The notes under the pieces: generated by a model | What the model saw: the letters and a program-made list of their open reading frames with translations, nothing else | The model's database searches: none | Told to the model about the DNA's origin: nothing | Program-made: the position numbers and the translations under genes | Part shown: piece by piece, positions 1 through 15,198 of the stretch | Numbering within the stretch: the stretch's first letter is position 1 | Layout of the letters: every line of letters starts with the position of its first letter | DNA from: Auanema rhodensis | Taxonomy: Eukaryota > Animalia > Nematoda | Reading direction: 5' to 3' | Assembly: GCA_964057225.1 (NCBI GenBank) | Contig: OZ059896.1 | Coordinates: 8,990,001 to 9,054,000 of the forward strand | Length of the DNA: 64,000 nt

Positions 1-1225
1 TTCTCACATATCGTTCAAATAGAACAGACGTCACAAATCCAATACAATACATTCGAGGATATTACCTTAATCTATTACCATCTGTGAACATCAGCTGTTT
101 AGTAATGAGAAGAAGATGTAAAAGATCCAAATGAAGACACATTAGCCTATAAGACACACTATATAACATGTATTGAAGATGCTCTCAGTTTATATCCTAT
201 TAAGGTCATTAGGGTCAAATCAGCATCTCATCTTACAAGGTAGTTAAGAGTCTGTTGGATATGTATAGCTTTCTGATGCGTTGCTCATTTTCCAATTAAC
301 TATATGTATAAGAAGATGTATACGTATATACATAAGATTTCTAGGTTTTCAGAATGAATAGAAGAAGATCTCTGAAAGATACTTCTTCCAACTTCATCAT
401 CATCATCATCATCATCATTTTCTTATTCACCATCATTCACTAATCATACCTTTGTTTCAATAGCTCTACAATATAAGAGCAGACAAGAAATTGAATGAAC
501 AGACGGTTGTCTGTCAGTACTTTTTCCGTAATTGACCTATAGTTACCGTAATTGAGGTTATGTAGTACTCCAGGAGAGCAATAGCACATAACCACACCAT
601 TTTTCTATCTTTCTCTCATAATTAGCCATAGTCTTACTATTTTTCTCCGTCATTGCCTCTCTCTACATCTAATTCACTTTTCTCTCTCTCTTGATGGAAT
701 TGAGATAGAAGGTAGCAATTAGAGGTGCCAATAAGCCAATCAGATGAAACTGCCAGCTTGTGAGCAAAAATGGACAAGAAATGTCATACAAAGTGAAATG
801 AGGGATCGTATACTTTCTAAATCTAAATAAATGACAGACATTCATCATATTGGCCATCCGGTTCATTATCTCTTTTTCATTTGCACCTCGAAATTACCTA
901 GTAAAACGATTACAAAATGGGGGCTCATTGTGGTTAATGCTGTAATGTAGTAAAAAAGTTGTATTTGATTAAGTTTAGATTATAAGCTTATATGAATAAT
1001 ATTGTTTCAAACTGATCTTAATAGATCAAACTTCTTCTAACAGGTTTTATGATTCTCGTCAGGATATAAATAAACAGATGAATTGTAAGAAGCAATTAAG
1101 ATGTTCAGGATATAAAGTTCAGATGGTCAGGCTTAGATATTTGTTTATGTTAATGGTTGTGCACGTGTGACGACGAATGTCTTAGGTGTGACTACAAGAG
1201 AATGTATACGGCTTTTGTAATTGTA

Positions 1226-1235
1226 TAGAGAGATA

Positions 1236-1300
<65 letters not shown>
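1226..1300. repeat. (AG)n microsatellite
   Basis: Long AG dinucleotide run. Confidence 0.95.
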
Positions 1301-4300
1301 GGGGGGAGGAAGCGCATATGAAGAAAAACCAGATGAATAACTGATGAAAAATCAGAAGGAAAAGAAAGGAAATAAGAGAAATTGAGAGTAAAGCAGCTGT
1401 GAAGGAGAAGACAGATCAGAAAATTTCGAGGCTTTTCTCGTTGTTCTTAAGACTATCTGACAGATGACCTTGGTTGCCTATCACCGTATGCTGATGACCA
1501 TATAAAGATATTATACATTTAGTTATAAATATAAGATTACAAATAAAATTTAATTGATATAATCGTTAAGGAAGGGAGGAGGGGGGTGGCAGATTTAAGA
1601 GAAAAAAAAGAAACAAAATACTCAAGTTTCTAGAGAATGCTTGATGAACAGTGACCACAAATGAGCTTTTCTGGAAAGATAAAAACTCAATGACATCAGA
1701 ACAAGGAAGAAGCACAATCAGCAGGCCGACCATGAACAAGCTTTAAGCGGGAAAGGACGGTTTTGATTTAAGTTCTCACATATAACGAGAGAATGAAATT
1801 GAACGTTTACGATGTTGAAGAGTGCTCATAATCGAACTGGCAGACAAAATTTCATCGACGGGCCAATTGCCGTTTCCTATCTGGTTAGATGCGAAGAGGT
1901 TAGTTAGACGTGTATCGTCTGAATAGAGACAATCAGATCAGATCAAGAGCCCGTAGAGCGTTTATTAGGTGAAAGGAGTACATACAAGAAAGGAAATGAA
2001 GAAATGTCTTCCTTCTTTCTGATTCCTTGTTCTCTTGAAAGTTAGTTTCAACGAAAGACTAAGAGAAATCTATTTTGATACTTTAATAAAACAAAAATAT
2101 ATTATATCATATAGTAATAATACTAATGTTATACGTTATTCTGAGCTTTCAAGTAAGTAAAATTCTAAAGTAAGCATCTGTAGTATTTGAAAAGAAAATT
2201 CTTCAAGCAGTTACGTAGATGTAGATAAAGCAGATTCAACTGAATTTCATGGAGGAATCTGAAAAAGCTCCTCCCCTCCGGAAATAAGCTGCCAACCAGC
2301 CATCAGCTTACTTTACTCGGGTCCTGCCCCTTCCTACCATTGGAATCTTGCTAAAGGAACTTGAACAAACTTTGTAAAGCTATAGTTACATGAAATACGC
2401 ATAGATACATGATCGAACTACTAGATGATTTACCTTCTTTCTTCTAATTAAGTATTTTGATTGACTTTCAAAACATAAAATGATGTTGATGATTCGGTGT
2501 TTCAGATATATAGATAGTTAAGTATTTGAGAGAAGAGAACGATCAAGAGTTTTCAGTAGTACAAGCCATCTGTCATACGAAACGTACCGATGTTTAGCGG
2601 CATCTTTGGTCTTCTCATCATTGCTTACCATTTCATGTAATTTCGTTTATAATGTAATTATGTCGTTGAGTTTGTAACCATCACCTGGTCATCATCATCA
2701 ACATCCTCATCATAAGATTGTCGTCGTCATGTAGCCATTTAGTGAGCCATGACCATTGGCAATAAAACATGAAAATGACCTATGTCGGCATATATCAACA
2801 AAACCTTTCCGTAAATGTATAATATCTCAATTTATATATGTGTATTTCCATTTAATATACCACCAGAATTACAGGAACAGATGTAATCTAAGGGATGTGC
2901 ATCAAATACAAATGTAAAATCTTTATTCTATAACTATAGTATAAGATGGTTTTAACTTGTTCTGTGGCTTTTTTTTTTGGAATTTTCATCCTAATTTTAC
3001 AAATAAATTATATATTTGTTTTTCAATATATTTTATAATTTCTATTTACAAATTATTATAAAATTTTTCTTTTTCTTTAGTTAAAACATAAATTTCATTT
3101 ATTTTCAGTTTTGTTATCCTTGTTACTTCATCAATATTATAAGAATAGAAAGTGCATTATGTTTAACAATTAAGAGCCGGCGGTTTCAATTGAAATATTT
3201 GGCTTATTTAGAAGACTCCTTGAAAGGACTTCAAGACTCAAAATAAAGAATTATGATGAGATGTAGAGAATTTGTATGAATGTATCAAGAGACAGCATAC
3301 GACTTACACAGTAGGCAGTCAGCGAGAGCAAGAAAGAATGGAGGTGTCGAGAGAACATCCCATCTGGAGCCGCTTCATTTGAGCCTGCTCCTGTAAAATT
3401 CCTGACAAGCCTAAGCATTACCGCCCGACTGGAAAGACAATAGACTGATCGGCAGATTGACAGATGGGCTAAACAACTTGATAGAAACGATAAATATACG
3501 AAAACGCTTAGGAGTGAAGTGAGGGATTGAGTCTGAATTTTCTAATGAGCATGTGTCGGCTTGTGTTTGGCTGGAAACTTCAAAAAACTTTCTCTATCTC
3601 TTAGTTCTAAAGAAGATCGTCTGCAGATATCGTAAGTCTGCTTAAACCTTAGATGATTACCCAGCTCAAGAAGGCGACTGCATAAGGTGTTGAGATTTAA
3701 GGTCACACCGCCATACTATCTAAGCGGATTAGATAGTAAAGTCATGAGACGAGGAAAGAAACAAGTGTATGCTTAAGTACAAGCAGGTTGTCATTAGCAG
3801 TATTAAGGCGGCAAAACATCAAAAGCAAATGCCACCGGTATTTGGCTTACTTTCTTGCCTTATTACTTCAGTAACATCTGCATTAGGATTAAGCGACCTT
3901 GAGGAGTTTTGTTTTTCCAAGCAGCCGACTGTCTTCTTAATAAGGAATTAGCGATAACCTAAGTACCAGCTTTACAATATGCATATAGTAAAACTAAATT
4001 AGAAATCTTACGAAGAAAGGGACCAATCTAGCTTCATAATATGAATCATCTTCTAATTCTGAAGAGTGGCTCATATTAATTTTAGTAATATAGCAAGGTC
4101 ATCATCATTTAAGCTGAACTACCGTAATCTAATCAATGTGTTCTAAGTATATCTGTGTGATGCAAGTGTGTATACAAGTAGATGTGAGACATCAAGTTCT
4201 CGCCTGGGACTTATCCTGCTTTTGGCTTTGACTCATCTAAACTGAAAGTTACTCCTTTAGCTCCTATTCTCTCTTTTCTCACCCATCTTCCTCTAAAATC

Positions 4301-7300
4301 AACTATTCTTCACTCTCTTTCATCTTTCCATCTCACCCTCCGCCTAATTTTCACTCTCCAATCATCAAGCATGATACTCGTTCTTCTAATCAACGTCTTT
4401 TCATAAGGCACAAATTCGTTGTCCATATAAGCATCTGTTTCCTTTACAACTATTTGTCATTGGTAGAAAACTCGGAAGCTTGAAAATAGGAATTAGATTT
4501 GATCTCAGAATATATTTATTGTATTCTAACTTCTGATTCGCCTGTGATATTTCTAGCTCAAGCACAACAATCGAGGTGCTATACTTTAAGCTACCGTAAT
4601 CCTTATATTGAAAAGCTCAAACTGAAAGTTTGCCAAGCATAGTTGATTCAACCTCAAGCCATGAAAACATTCAGCTGAGTTACATCCTATTCAACGCAAA
4701 ATTCCAATTTATCTTCACCAGTATGTACTTCATCAATCTGATTGTTGTTTTTCATCCAACAACATGAAAAGAAGACGCCACAAAGGTAGAAGTGCCAGAT
4801 TGATATCCTAATCCAATTGTTTTCTTTTAATCTCATGCTGTTAGGTTTACAGCTCTAGACAGAGCTCGGTGGCATACAGTTAGTGCCATATAAGGTCATA
4901 TAGGGTGTCAAGCTGAGAGAATAAGAGCTGTCGGCTTATCGTTTGTCCTCATTTTCTAAGGAAAGACTTAAAACGACTAATACTGAAAAGAATAGAAAGA
5001 AGGAGCAGCCGGCTCATCACATCATGACTAATCCAGTATCTTTCAATCGTCTTACAGGTGACATGAAGAGCCAGTATATGTAAATCAGTCGTCTTCTGTG
5101 GCAAGTGTCTTGACGTCCTTTGTCGGTACAAAGTCATCCAAAAGGAGAGACATGAAAACGCCTTCTTATTCTCTTGTTCTTTCTGTGGATCATCTTCCTC
5201 TCATACTCTGTTTATCTAATTCCTCTTTAAATCTGCACGCTTGCTATATATCTCTCTGTATTCTTACTTCAGCACTCCGTATGCTAATCTTCCAGCTGCC
5301 ACTTGAGGCTCCTTCTGACGAAAGGTCAGAAGGCTAAATAGGGCCGTACAAGCCCCACGGGGACCAACGCAACAGGAGTTAAGTCTGTTTTATGCAGTAT
5401 CACCGAAATATATCCAGAAGGGACTTGCTACTCAACTATCTTGACAACTTTAACTCAACTGCTGCGACAAGAGAGTATCATACTTTCTGTGTCATATATC
5501 AGAAGCCATACAAAATACATTCTGATTCACTTTTTTTTGAAACAAAAACCGGACAGTTTTTGTAATATTTAAGCAAAAAAAGGAAAATGTGAACAGCTAT
5601 AAGAATAATACGTCAATGGATGAGTCTAAAAACTGTCAACGATTGACGCCATCTGTCGGACGAATGAGTTACAATTCGTTTAATCTTCCGATATGGTAAA
5701 TGTTCCGCATAAACCTTAAAAGAAAAGATGAAACTTAACAAGAGGGAAGTGAAACTCAATAAAACAGTCAAGAACAAATCATCAAATCTTCTCTTCTAAC
5801 TAGTAAGATATAGAATTTCTCTGTATACTAATACATAGATAAGATAATCTATGTGTTGTATCGAATTTCTTTACAATCTGTTCGTCTAAATTGAGAAGAA
5901 AAAATGCTCCAAACTGAAGGTATTAGTACGTGAGCAGCAGATGACAGGAAATGTTTATTAGTTGAAATAGCTGAAGATGTTAATCTTGCTTCATTCATGT
6001 CTTCTGTTTCTTTTTCTCTTCTTCTCTACTATTTTCATCTTTTCTTCATCTGTCTTTCTCTTTCAACTACTCTTATGTGGATTTTCTTGTAACTATGTTA
6101 TAGAACATCATCATCATATGGACAACGTGATGAGCCTAAAATGTTTCTTGAAATCGAGCCGACAAGGTCAAAAGGTCATCTTTTTCAATTTATTATATAA
6201 ATATACACATAAACTTTTGTTCGAGAAAATATATAAACAAGGGATTAACAGCTACAATTTGTAAAATGATTAAAAAAAAAAGAAACTTTCTTCTAATTTG
6301 TGTAGGAGCAGAAGGTCTAGTACCCACTTATTCAAACTATACTTGTAATATGTTAAGTGGATGACAGATGAAACTCTTCTATCCATCTGACATGATGGCA
6401 ATGCTTGATTCCAAAACAGGTAATCCAATTAGTATCATGCAATTCAATCCTAATAATATTTTTTCTCGAAAAAAAAAATTATTTTCTAATGACCTAATCA
6501 ATTAGGATTTTTCTCTTTATTAACTATTCTTAATAAAGAATCAATTATTTGAAATAGATGCCGATAAAGAGGTAAATGACATCACGACAACCTTTCATGC
6601 TCATCATCATCATCATCATCCTCTTCATCACAGTTGCATCCTATAACAGTAGACAACATGTCTCAAACCCACATACGGTATCAAAGGTATTGCCGCTAAT
6701 GAATCTTGCATGGAATTCTATATATTACCTTTGTATAGATGATGTAAAATAAGGAGAGATGAGACAATTCAATGTTGGAATAGCATACAACACAAAGGAT
6801 ATCTGTTTAGACCTCTCTTTCTGTCTCTCTATCTATCTATCTTGCTGATGACTGACTGAATGGCAATTGTTTCATTGAACAAGATAACAAGCGGATACTA
6901 TCCATTTCAGTATTGAGGGAGAAAATCAGAAATTAAGTTTTTTTGTTCGAAAACAATTTGGTTTGTATGAAAGAAAATGGAAGAAAGTTGCTCTTTAATA
7001 CATTAAAAAAAGTTTTTTCTCTGTTTTGAAGATGTTTGATAATATTTTAAATTTTCTCTTTTGAAGTTATCAACTTTTTTTTAAAATAAACGATATACAT
7101 CATACATATAATAATATTTATTTATATTAAATTATATTAACTATATCATATTACTATATGATATATTCTTAATCTACTTATAAAACATAAGGAAATGCGC
7201 TAAATCAAAGAAAAAGAAAAATGATTATAATCCAATAAAGATATCCATATGGAATATCCTACTCTCTTAAGCTTTTCTGTCGGCTTCTCATTAACACCTT

Positions 7301-10300
7301 GAGCAGAAAAAGCGGTAAATATCAAAGAATATTCTGATGATCATTCTGATTACGTAATATGAGATGGATCATGGTATCGAAGACAGATCCTTATAAAGGA
7401 AATGAGAAGCTTGAATGACGGTAGAAGCTTCTTCTTCTTCTATCTCTGATGTATTATTATCCATTTAGAGGTCAATGATGCATTAACGTAACAAATCAAA
7501 AACATCTTATTTATTATAAATAAAACAATTTTTTAAATGGATTACGAGAGAAAATCAGATGAAATAGAGGGACTGAGTTTTTTCTTTTTTTTTTTTCAAA
7601 AATTATTTTCTTTTTCTCGCTACATCATTGAATTGAGATTGCTTATTACCTTCGTCTTTCAATCTAAAAATCTTTTCTAATTAGCTCAATTTGATATAAT
7701 AGATGATACCTTTGAAGATTATATTCATATTGCATTCCAAACAAGGGATCTTCTACTATTGTCTCATAGGATAATTGCCTATATTTTTTATTTTTTTTAA
7801 ATTCTAACTAACTATATGAATAGCTTACGGATTCCATGTATTATTGAAATCTTTTTCATCAATTGTTTTTTCGGGTTCTGATTCTGGTTCTGAGAATATC
7901 CATGATATAACATATGCAATTAGAAGAAATGATGCAAACAGTGCTACTATTGGCCATGCTTGATCTATACTGAAAAGGTTAAATCTTTGAAAAATATTAA
8001 ATTCAATATGATATTTATATGAATAATCATATATGATTATGCTGGTAATTTGGAAAAGTGAATGAAGTTAATGAGAAGTCTGATTGGATCATAGATCATG
8101 TATGTCTTATGACGTTTAATTGAAGCTTCATTTTATGCTTATTTCTAATCTCAATATCTAATCTTACACATTACTTTGCAATATATCTCAATGATTGTTG
8201 AATGGTCCAAAACGAACCTAACCTAAAATGTATCTTTCTGTCTCTTAGACGTGAGAAAGAAAAGGAGGAGAGAGAGAGAGAGACAGATAAAGAGAGATTG
8301 AGAACGAGGGAGAGAACGATAATGCTGATGATGATGATGATGCTGATGAGGCAATGTGCCGAGAAATGTGAACAGAAGACCCACAGTCAAGCTAAATTCT
8401 GAGAAATACTATATGAATGCATGAGAGATAACAAGACAATGAGGAATCTTCTGTTGTTCATTTTCTGATGACAACGACAACGGAACGCCTAACCAGCCTG
8501 AGAGTCATTTGTAAGGCCTCATCCAAAATTATCCAATTGGTCGAATAACAATTGACTAATCTACCGGATAAATACGGTAATCAACATCTTCATTTACTTG
8601 TCTCGGTCAGCAATATGGGACTACATGTGTGTATGTACATGCCTATATGGACATATGATACCCAGAAGGAATGATGGCAGCTAATATTGTATTTTTTGGG
8701 ACCAACATTCTCATTATACTTATAACAATATTGTAATATTATAATAAATAAGGTTACATAGCAATTTGAATTATTATTCTATACAGGAAATAAGGGGATC
8801 AAGAAAATATTTTATATTTATATAGTAAACTTACAACTCATTTAAACTTAAATCATTAGCACAACATTTTATTTTACCATTTAATGCACAACATAATGTA
8901 TTATTTTTACAAATATATATATTTGGCTGAAATAAATAAAGAATAAAATATATATTTGAATATATTTTCTATACCTGATAAGGTGGTAATGATGAATCAA
9001 TTACACACACAGTTTCATTTACACCAACCATTTGACTCAACTAACTTCTTAGTTTAATCTTTTATTTAAAAAAAAAATCTTTCTTGAATTGTTCTCCTGG
9101 GTTACGAGTTATAATGTATTTTTTGAATATTTTTTCTTTTTTTTTGCTTAGATACGTATATTGCCATGGTACATATGTATATGTGAAAATGGTTGAAAAC
9201 TATACATGATGATGATGATGTGTTTAGTATTTGAAGGAAATTCATTAGAAATTTATAAGACAACTCTTCCATCTGGACAGTCCTTCTACTACTGTTCGTA
9301 CTTGATACAGCCTTAAACATCTGCAATTTTGAACAGAAAAGGAAGAATATAAGGATAAGAGGATAGAGAATAAGATGAAGGATAATTAAGATGAAGAATG
9401 ATCTTAATTATCAATGTATCGTTGTCGTTCTATAAGGCAATTGTTGACGAAAATAAGACATTTGGACATTGATTAGCAATGCACCTTTCGTGTTGTATGT
9501 CGTTAATATATTTTACATATGTATGTATTATAATATATATTATATATATATAATATGTACATGATGAATATAGTATGTATATTTGAAATAAAATAATCAA
9601 TAAATTATAATTTTGAATTCTGAAAAAAACAAATCTTTATTATACGTTATAACTGTATAAATATTCAATTATTTTATAAAAATATTCTTTTTTTTTTTGT
9701 TTTTAAATTTTATTCTCATAAAAGAGAAAAAGAATCAACGTTTTCAAGAAAGTTGAATTCATTTTCACAGCTGTATGTATGAAGTGCTAAAATGATTTGA
9801 TGCATTTGTTAGAAGAGTGTGTGTTTGAGAGTAACCGGTAACATAGGCAGATGGACATCTTACATAGGCACATTTGCATTTTTTAAATTGAATTTAAGTG
9901 TTCTTTGTTAAATATTAGCATCTTTCTACCGTTCAGAATAGGTTGAAGAATAAATATTTGAAAAAATGTGAAACAACAGTTTTTTTTTTCAGGCAAAAAG
10001 GGGGGGGGGAACTATCTAGGATAGGAAAACACATAGTATATATATATTTCTATATATTTATTAATATTTGCATACACATACACACATCCAAATACTCAAA
10101 TCTCTCAGGAAATGTAAATTCACTCAGCTTCTTTTATTGAACAAGTCCATTCGTCTACTTCATTCAGCTAGTTTCTTAGCCTGTCACAAATTTGCTGTGT
10201 CAAAATTCGTTTGATGAACCCGAAAAGCCTGAGATGAGGTTGGTTCAGTAGGCACCGTTCCCTCGAGAGATCGTGAATGCCAATTCCTCTTCAGACTTTC

Positions 10301-10894
10301 TTCGTTTCCGTCATACCACGAGTACACGAGTTTTGTGTAAGCTGACGGATTTTCTCTTTTTCTCCAGCTTTCTATCAGTCTATCGTGTCTCGTAGTCTCT
10401 ATCATCTCCTTCTCTTCCTAAAATGAAAAAGAATTCGTTTGGGAAAGCTGATTCATCAGACTTCAGCCAAAAAAATTGTTTGTAAAGGGATGTTCTTCAA
10501 CCATCTACACTAATATTTACATTTTAAAGCAAAATGTAAAAGTAAAAATAGGAAAAGAATATACTTGAAAAGTCAATTTGCATAAAAATTATTATGAAAA
10601 GATCATAAATCGTTAGATCTTCTAAGATATTTTCTATAATGTCATTTGAGAACAATAGAAACAATTTTTTGAAGAATTTTTCAAGGATTTATAAGATTAA
10701 GAACAAGGGGAATATCTTTTCTATTAATGAAGTAGTTAAACCTTTATCTAATAAAGGTTAGTTAAGTACTACAAATTATTAAAGTCACTTATGTCATATA
10801 GTTAATTCATATGGTATTAATACACGTAAAAGTGGTGTCAAGTATTCTACATATGTTCATGAAAGAGTAGTAACTATTACGAAAGATAAAGAAC

Positions 10895-10898
<4 letters not shown>

Positions 10899-10937
<39 letters not shown>
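10899..10937. repeat. (CT)n microsatellite
   Basis: CT dinucleotide run. Confidence 0.95.
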
Positions 10938-10940
<3 letters not shown>

Positions 10941-13900
10941 TCCATATCTTCTCTTTGTAGTCTGTCCTTCTATCACTGTTTCTACTCTTCAACCAGCCTT
11001 ATGTGGTAGTTGTGCAGAGACAGTTTCAAGAAAGCAGCAGATGCCGCATAACCAAAATCAGAAGCACTCATTGACCTCGCATCTACGTCAGTTGTTGATC
11101 CTCATCAGCCGGTTTAGTTTGGCTCTCTAGACATACACGGGAGACAGCCTGCCTCTATAGTATACGGTAGCTTGTTGTTAGTATCGGTCAAGAAGGGGCA
11201 GAAGGCGAGACTAGCACTATTAAGGTCGAAACAGTATGGAAGGTATATAGTAGTAGTGGATTAAGATTGAAGATGAAATAAGAGATGATCAGCAGATTGT
11301 TGTTATTAGGTAACAGACAAATGTTCAATTAGCACTTGTTATTCGATTACCGGTTATATACATCATCTTAAGGTTGAAAATGAAGACGTAAGGGTCATGC
11401 TTCTCGAAAAAACTGATAGAATCAAGTTAACAATGAGCTCATTTTTCTCAAATAACCATTATATTTATGCAATTATTTAAGGGTCTTTCATATATTTTTT
11501 GATAAAATCTTAATGGTTAGTCGTGACAAAAGAATATTTATCAAGCTACATCTAAATTTCAGTTTTGAACGGTAAATAGAAGCATTTGATGAGATGTAAT
11601 CTCGTTACTTTAACCGTATCAGGCCATCATCTTGATTCTAATAAATCCTGTAAGCTTTCCATCGTTTACCATCATGTTATTCAAATATGTCACTTTCTTT
11701 CTCTCTATCTCATGATTTCACTGACTCTCTATCTGGCTTAAACCATCATTTTAGCAATTAGCTTGCTATATGGATATCATGTGTGCTAATAGTCTTGTTA
11801 AATTGGTGAGGAGGATGGGATAAGATCTTATAATCGTCTTCTACCTTGAATCTTAGAGTCAGCAGGGTTGTATGACAATAGACTAAAGCTTAAAAGTCAA
11901 CTGCAGCTTATGGTCTGCTCGTTTGCCTTGTTTGGATGTGTATGGCCTGAGGATTTGTATATATCTGTGTGGCAGAAGAGGCCACATATGGAATAGATAC
12001 AACATATGGGCATCTTAGACTCATATCTTACTCGTTTGTCGTTGGGATATGACCATCTTTTCTTCGGACAACCGAACACACACGAAGATGTTCTGCTTTT
12101 CCTGCATATTAGATATAGGTCATGAATCTCAGGAAAATAGGAAAAATATGAGATGATGAGGGACTGGCAGAAAATGAAAAACAAAAATATTTTGCATATC
12201 AACTGTTAGAAACAATTTTTTTATAATTTTTGTATTTCTAATAATACTATTTCTAATATTTATTTCAGATACACAAGTCAATATCAAGCTTGAAATTAAG
12301 ATTTATAATATTTTAAAGTTTAAAACTATCATTTACTTTCAGACATATCACTATTTTTGGAATAAATATTCTGAATCTACCAATCTACCAAAGAGTACAA
12401 TGCTCTCACATATAACGATAAACAACTTTTGACTTTTGCATTTTTGCAATGTCGAGTTTTTCCAGCTTTTATCGCTCTCTTGTTTAAAATTCTTGCTCTG
12501 TATCACTTCTCATGGCTTCCTGTTGAACAATACCAGGAAACCGGAAAAGCTGTTCGAATAGATCACCATGTGTATACTGACTTAAGGATATCATCCCAGG
12601 GGGACGACAGGAAGGACGGCAGAGAGTGGTGACAAATGCCGAATCAAGCAATTCGTCGTCCTCATTAGTAGCAACCCGAAGCGGCTCTACACGAGATCTT
12701 CATGCCTCTAACCGTCTAGGACCCTCTATCTAATCACATGATCCATTGTTCACGAAACCGACTTCTTTGGGTCTAAATGTGTATATATCATCCCATTACT
12801 TGGCTTCTCAACTGCTTACTCCTCCCCCTTGCTTTCCTTTTTATCCACCAACTTTATCGTAGCCAGGGACCATTATCAATAAAACTCAGATGTTTCATGT
12901 GTGGGGACCGACAAAAATATATTTTTAGGATTCCGAGTCATATGTATGGTTTACAAAATGTATTTTGTAGTTTGTTACAGTAGTTTAGAGTATAAACAAA
13001 ATATGTTAGATACAATTGGTATTTGACATCCTGTAATAGTTATCTATCCTCTTATATGGTTAACTTCTCATATTCTTCGGTTAAATTCTTCAAAATCTAA
13101 CTTAGAGTGCCGTAATATTGATGTAACTTGATGGTTGTTTTGAATGGAAAAATAATGTTTGACGTTTGGTACGTTTGACAACTCAAGCTATATCTTGTGT
13201 ATCACGTATTTCGATACTTCTATAACTACTTCAATTTATCTATTGTCCAGATATAGAAAGCATCTATGACTCTTCTCTTCATAAGGAAAAGAAATCATAC
13301 CGTAATAGCTCCCCGAGGTATTTCTTTCTCTCCTTTGCACGAGGCTTTACACCAACAAACATATCCATAAATCAGAGTAGCGCATCTGGCTCTAATAACG
13401 ATGTACAATTAACATGAACCAACTAGCAACTTGTCCATGCTCAGGGGACTATGAAAGACCTTCCGTTTTACATCTTCAAAGGAAAAAAGACCGACCAAAG
13501 TTATGTCGAAGAAGAACACTTGAGCTGGATTGGATGATGTCCGCGTGAGTTTGGGTGGGGACGAACACACAGATCGAAAAAAGTAACTGAAGATCCTTTT
13601 TTGAAGATTTTAAATCAACGTTCAATGAACAGCATCGAAAAACGTATCTCATCGACTATGGATCCAGCTTCAGTATACTGTTGATAATCTCTGATGTTTC
13701 AAACTTGAAATCTCTATTACGTAGAATACAAACGTTTCGTGCAAAACACTGAGGTTGACTGCAACATGTGAAAAACATCCGAAATGTATTGTCAAGTTGC
13801 AAATACCAAAAAGTGGATGGAAAGATGAATGAAGTTGAGGAAAGATGTGTCGAAACTGAGGAATGGATGAGCCCACGCAAATGAATTGCAAAGCTCGCAC

Positions 13901-15198
13901 TGCAGCCATCAACTTGCTCTGTTTGAAGTACATGGATAACTTGAGACAACCTTGACGTGGCTCTGATTGATACTTGGTCCAACCCCGTGGGACGCACCAG
14001 ACCCACCAGAACCAATTCAACACACGCCACTCACACTTACACCGATACGATGGAGAGTAGCAGCTTGAACCGATGCCAGCTTAGAAAACAATATTCCCTG
14101 TCAGGCAAGCAGGCAGCACGGATATTCCGCTGAGACAGAAAAATACTCAAAAGCTGAACTACGGTAGCTCAAATTTGATTTTGTCAAACACGAGTTATCG
14201 TTGCTTTCGTTTGGAAGTTCCTCAAACTGCCGTCTAAGTTATTCATAGTAGGCGTCGTTGACAAGTCAGAAACTTGTAGAACGTTGCGAATAAAAAGTTT
14301 GATATTGCATATCCATACACACTTGATTTGCAATATTTGAAGAATAACTTAAAATAAAATATTTGAATTATGATATAGAAGGATAGGTACATTCATATAT
14401 GAATATGAAATCATTTCAAGAACTAAAATATTCTTGTAGTCAATTCTAATGAACTGTCTGAATTATTAATTGAAAACATTAAACAGAAAGGCCAATACCT
14501 TAAACTGTTTACTTCCATCCTTTGTAGTAAAGGGTAACCATAAATCAGTGCTTAATGTCATTTGTAAGGAGACCACCACAACGATCCTAATTTCTCTCAT
14601 TAATGTCGCTTCCAATAAACTATATGGCTAGAGGCTTGCGTGTGTTCTAAGGATGTACATAGAAATCTTACACAAGCTTTCCTTTTTCGGTAACATGAAT
14701 GTCAGTAAATCAGAGATTCTTATGTCGGCTTCCGTTTAGTCTCGATATCCGGATTGAAATCTAACAGAAGAATAGAAAAGGATTGTAGAGAATCACAAGT
14801 ATCAGTTTATGAAGCTTTTCGTGACCCGCAGTGTCGGAGTTGAACAGACAGAAGGCAGGATGTCTAACGACCATTGAGCGGGAAGTAGATAAGGGACAAA
14901 CGAGCTTATTTCATGGTATGGAGACTGCCTATGCAGCAATAAGCTGAAAAGGAGAACTCGTATAACATCAACTCTCACAGAGTCAATTAGCGCTTCTTTC
15001 GCCGGCGTTTCCTCCGTATACGGTGCATTGCGTGTTTTATACCGGAAGCTTCACTTCTTCAGCCTCTGCTTAATTTTCAACAAACCATATAAAAGAAATT
15101 TAATTCACCGCAATATTGCGAAATGTAGGGGCTAGACATGGCAAAACAATTTAAAAATAAAATACAATCTTAGAGTAAAGCAAAAACACTGTATATTC

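Noticed and set aside
10739-10759. 9-bp inverted repeat AACCTTTAT-cta-ATAAAGGTT
   Set aside because: AT-rich, no Helitron-type CTRR end or target-site duplication; compatible with chance.
12599-12663. GC-rich stem GGGGACGAC/GTCGTCCTC
   Set aside because: No H/ACA or C/D boxes and large unpaired internal loops; insufficient support for an ncRNA.
13656-14030. Two overlapping >115-aa minus-strand ORFs
   Set aside because: Non-ATG starts, no recognisable domain and no splice partners; more likely a GC-richer promoter-like region.
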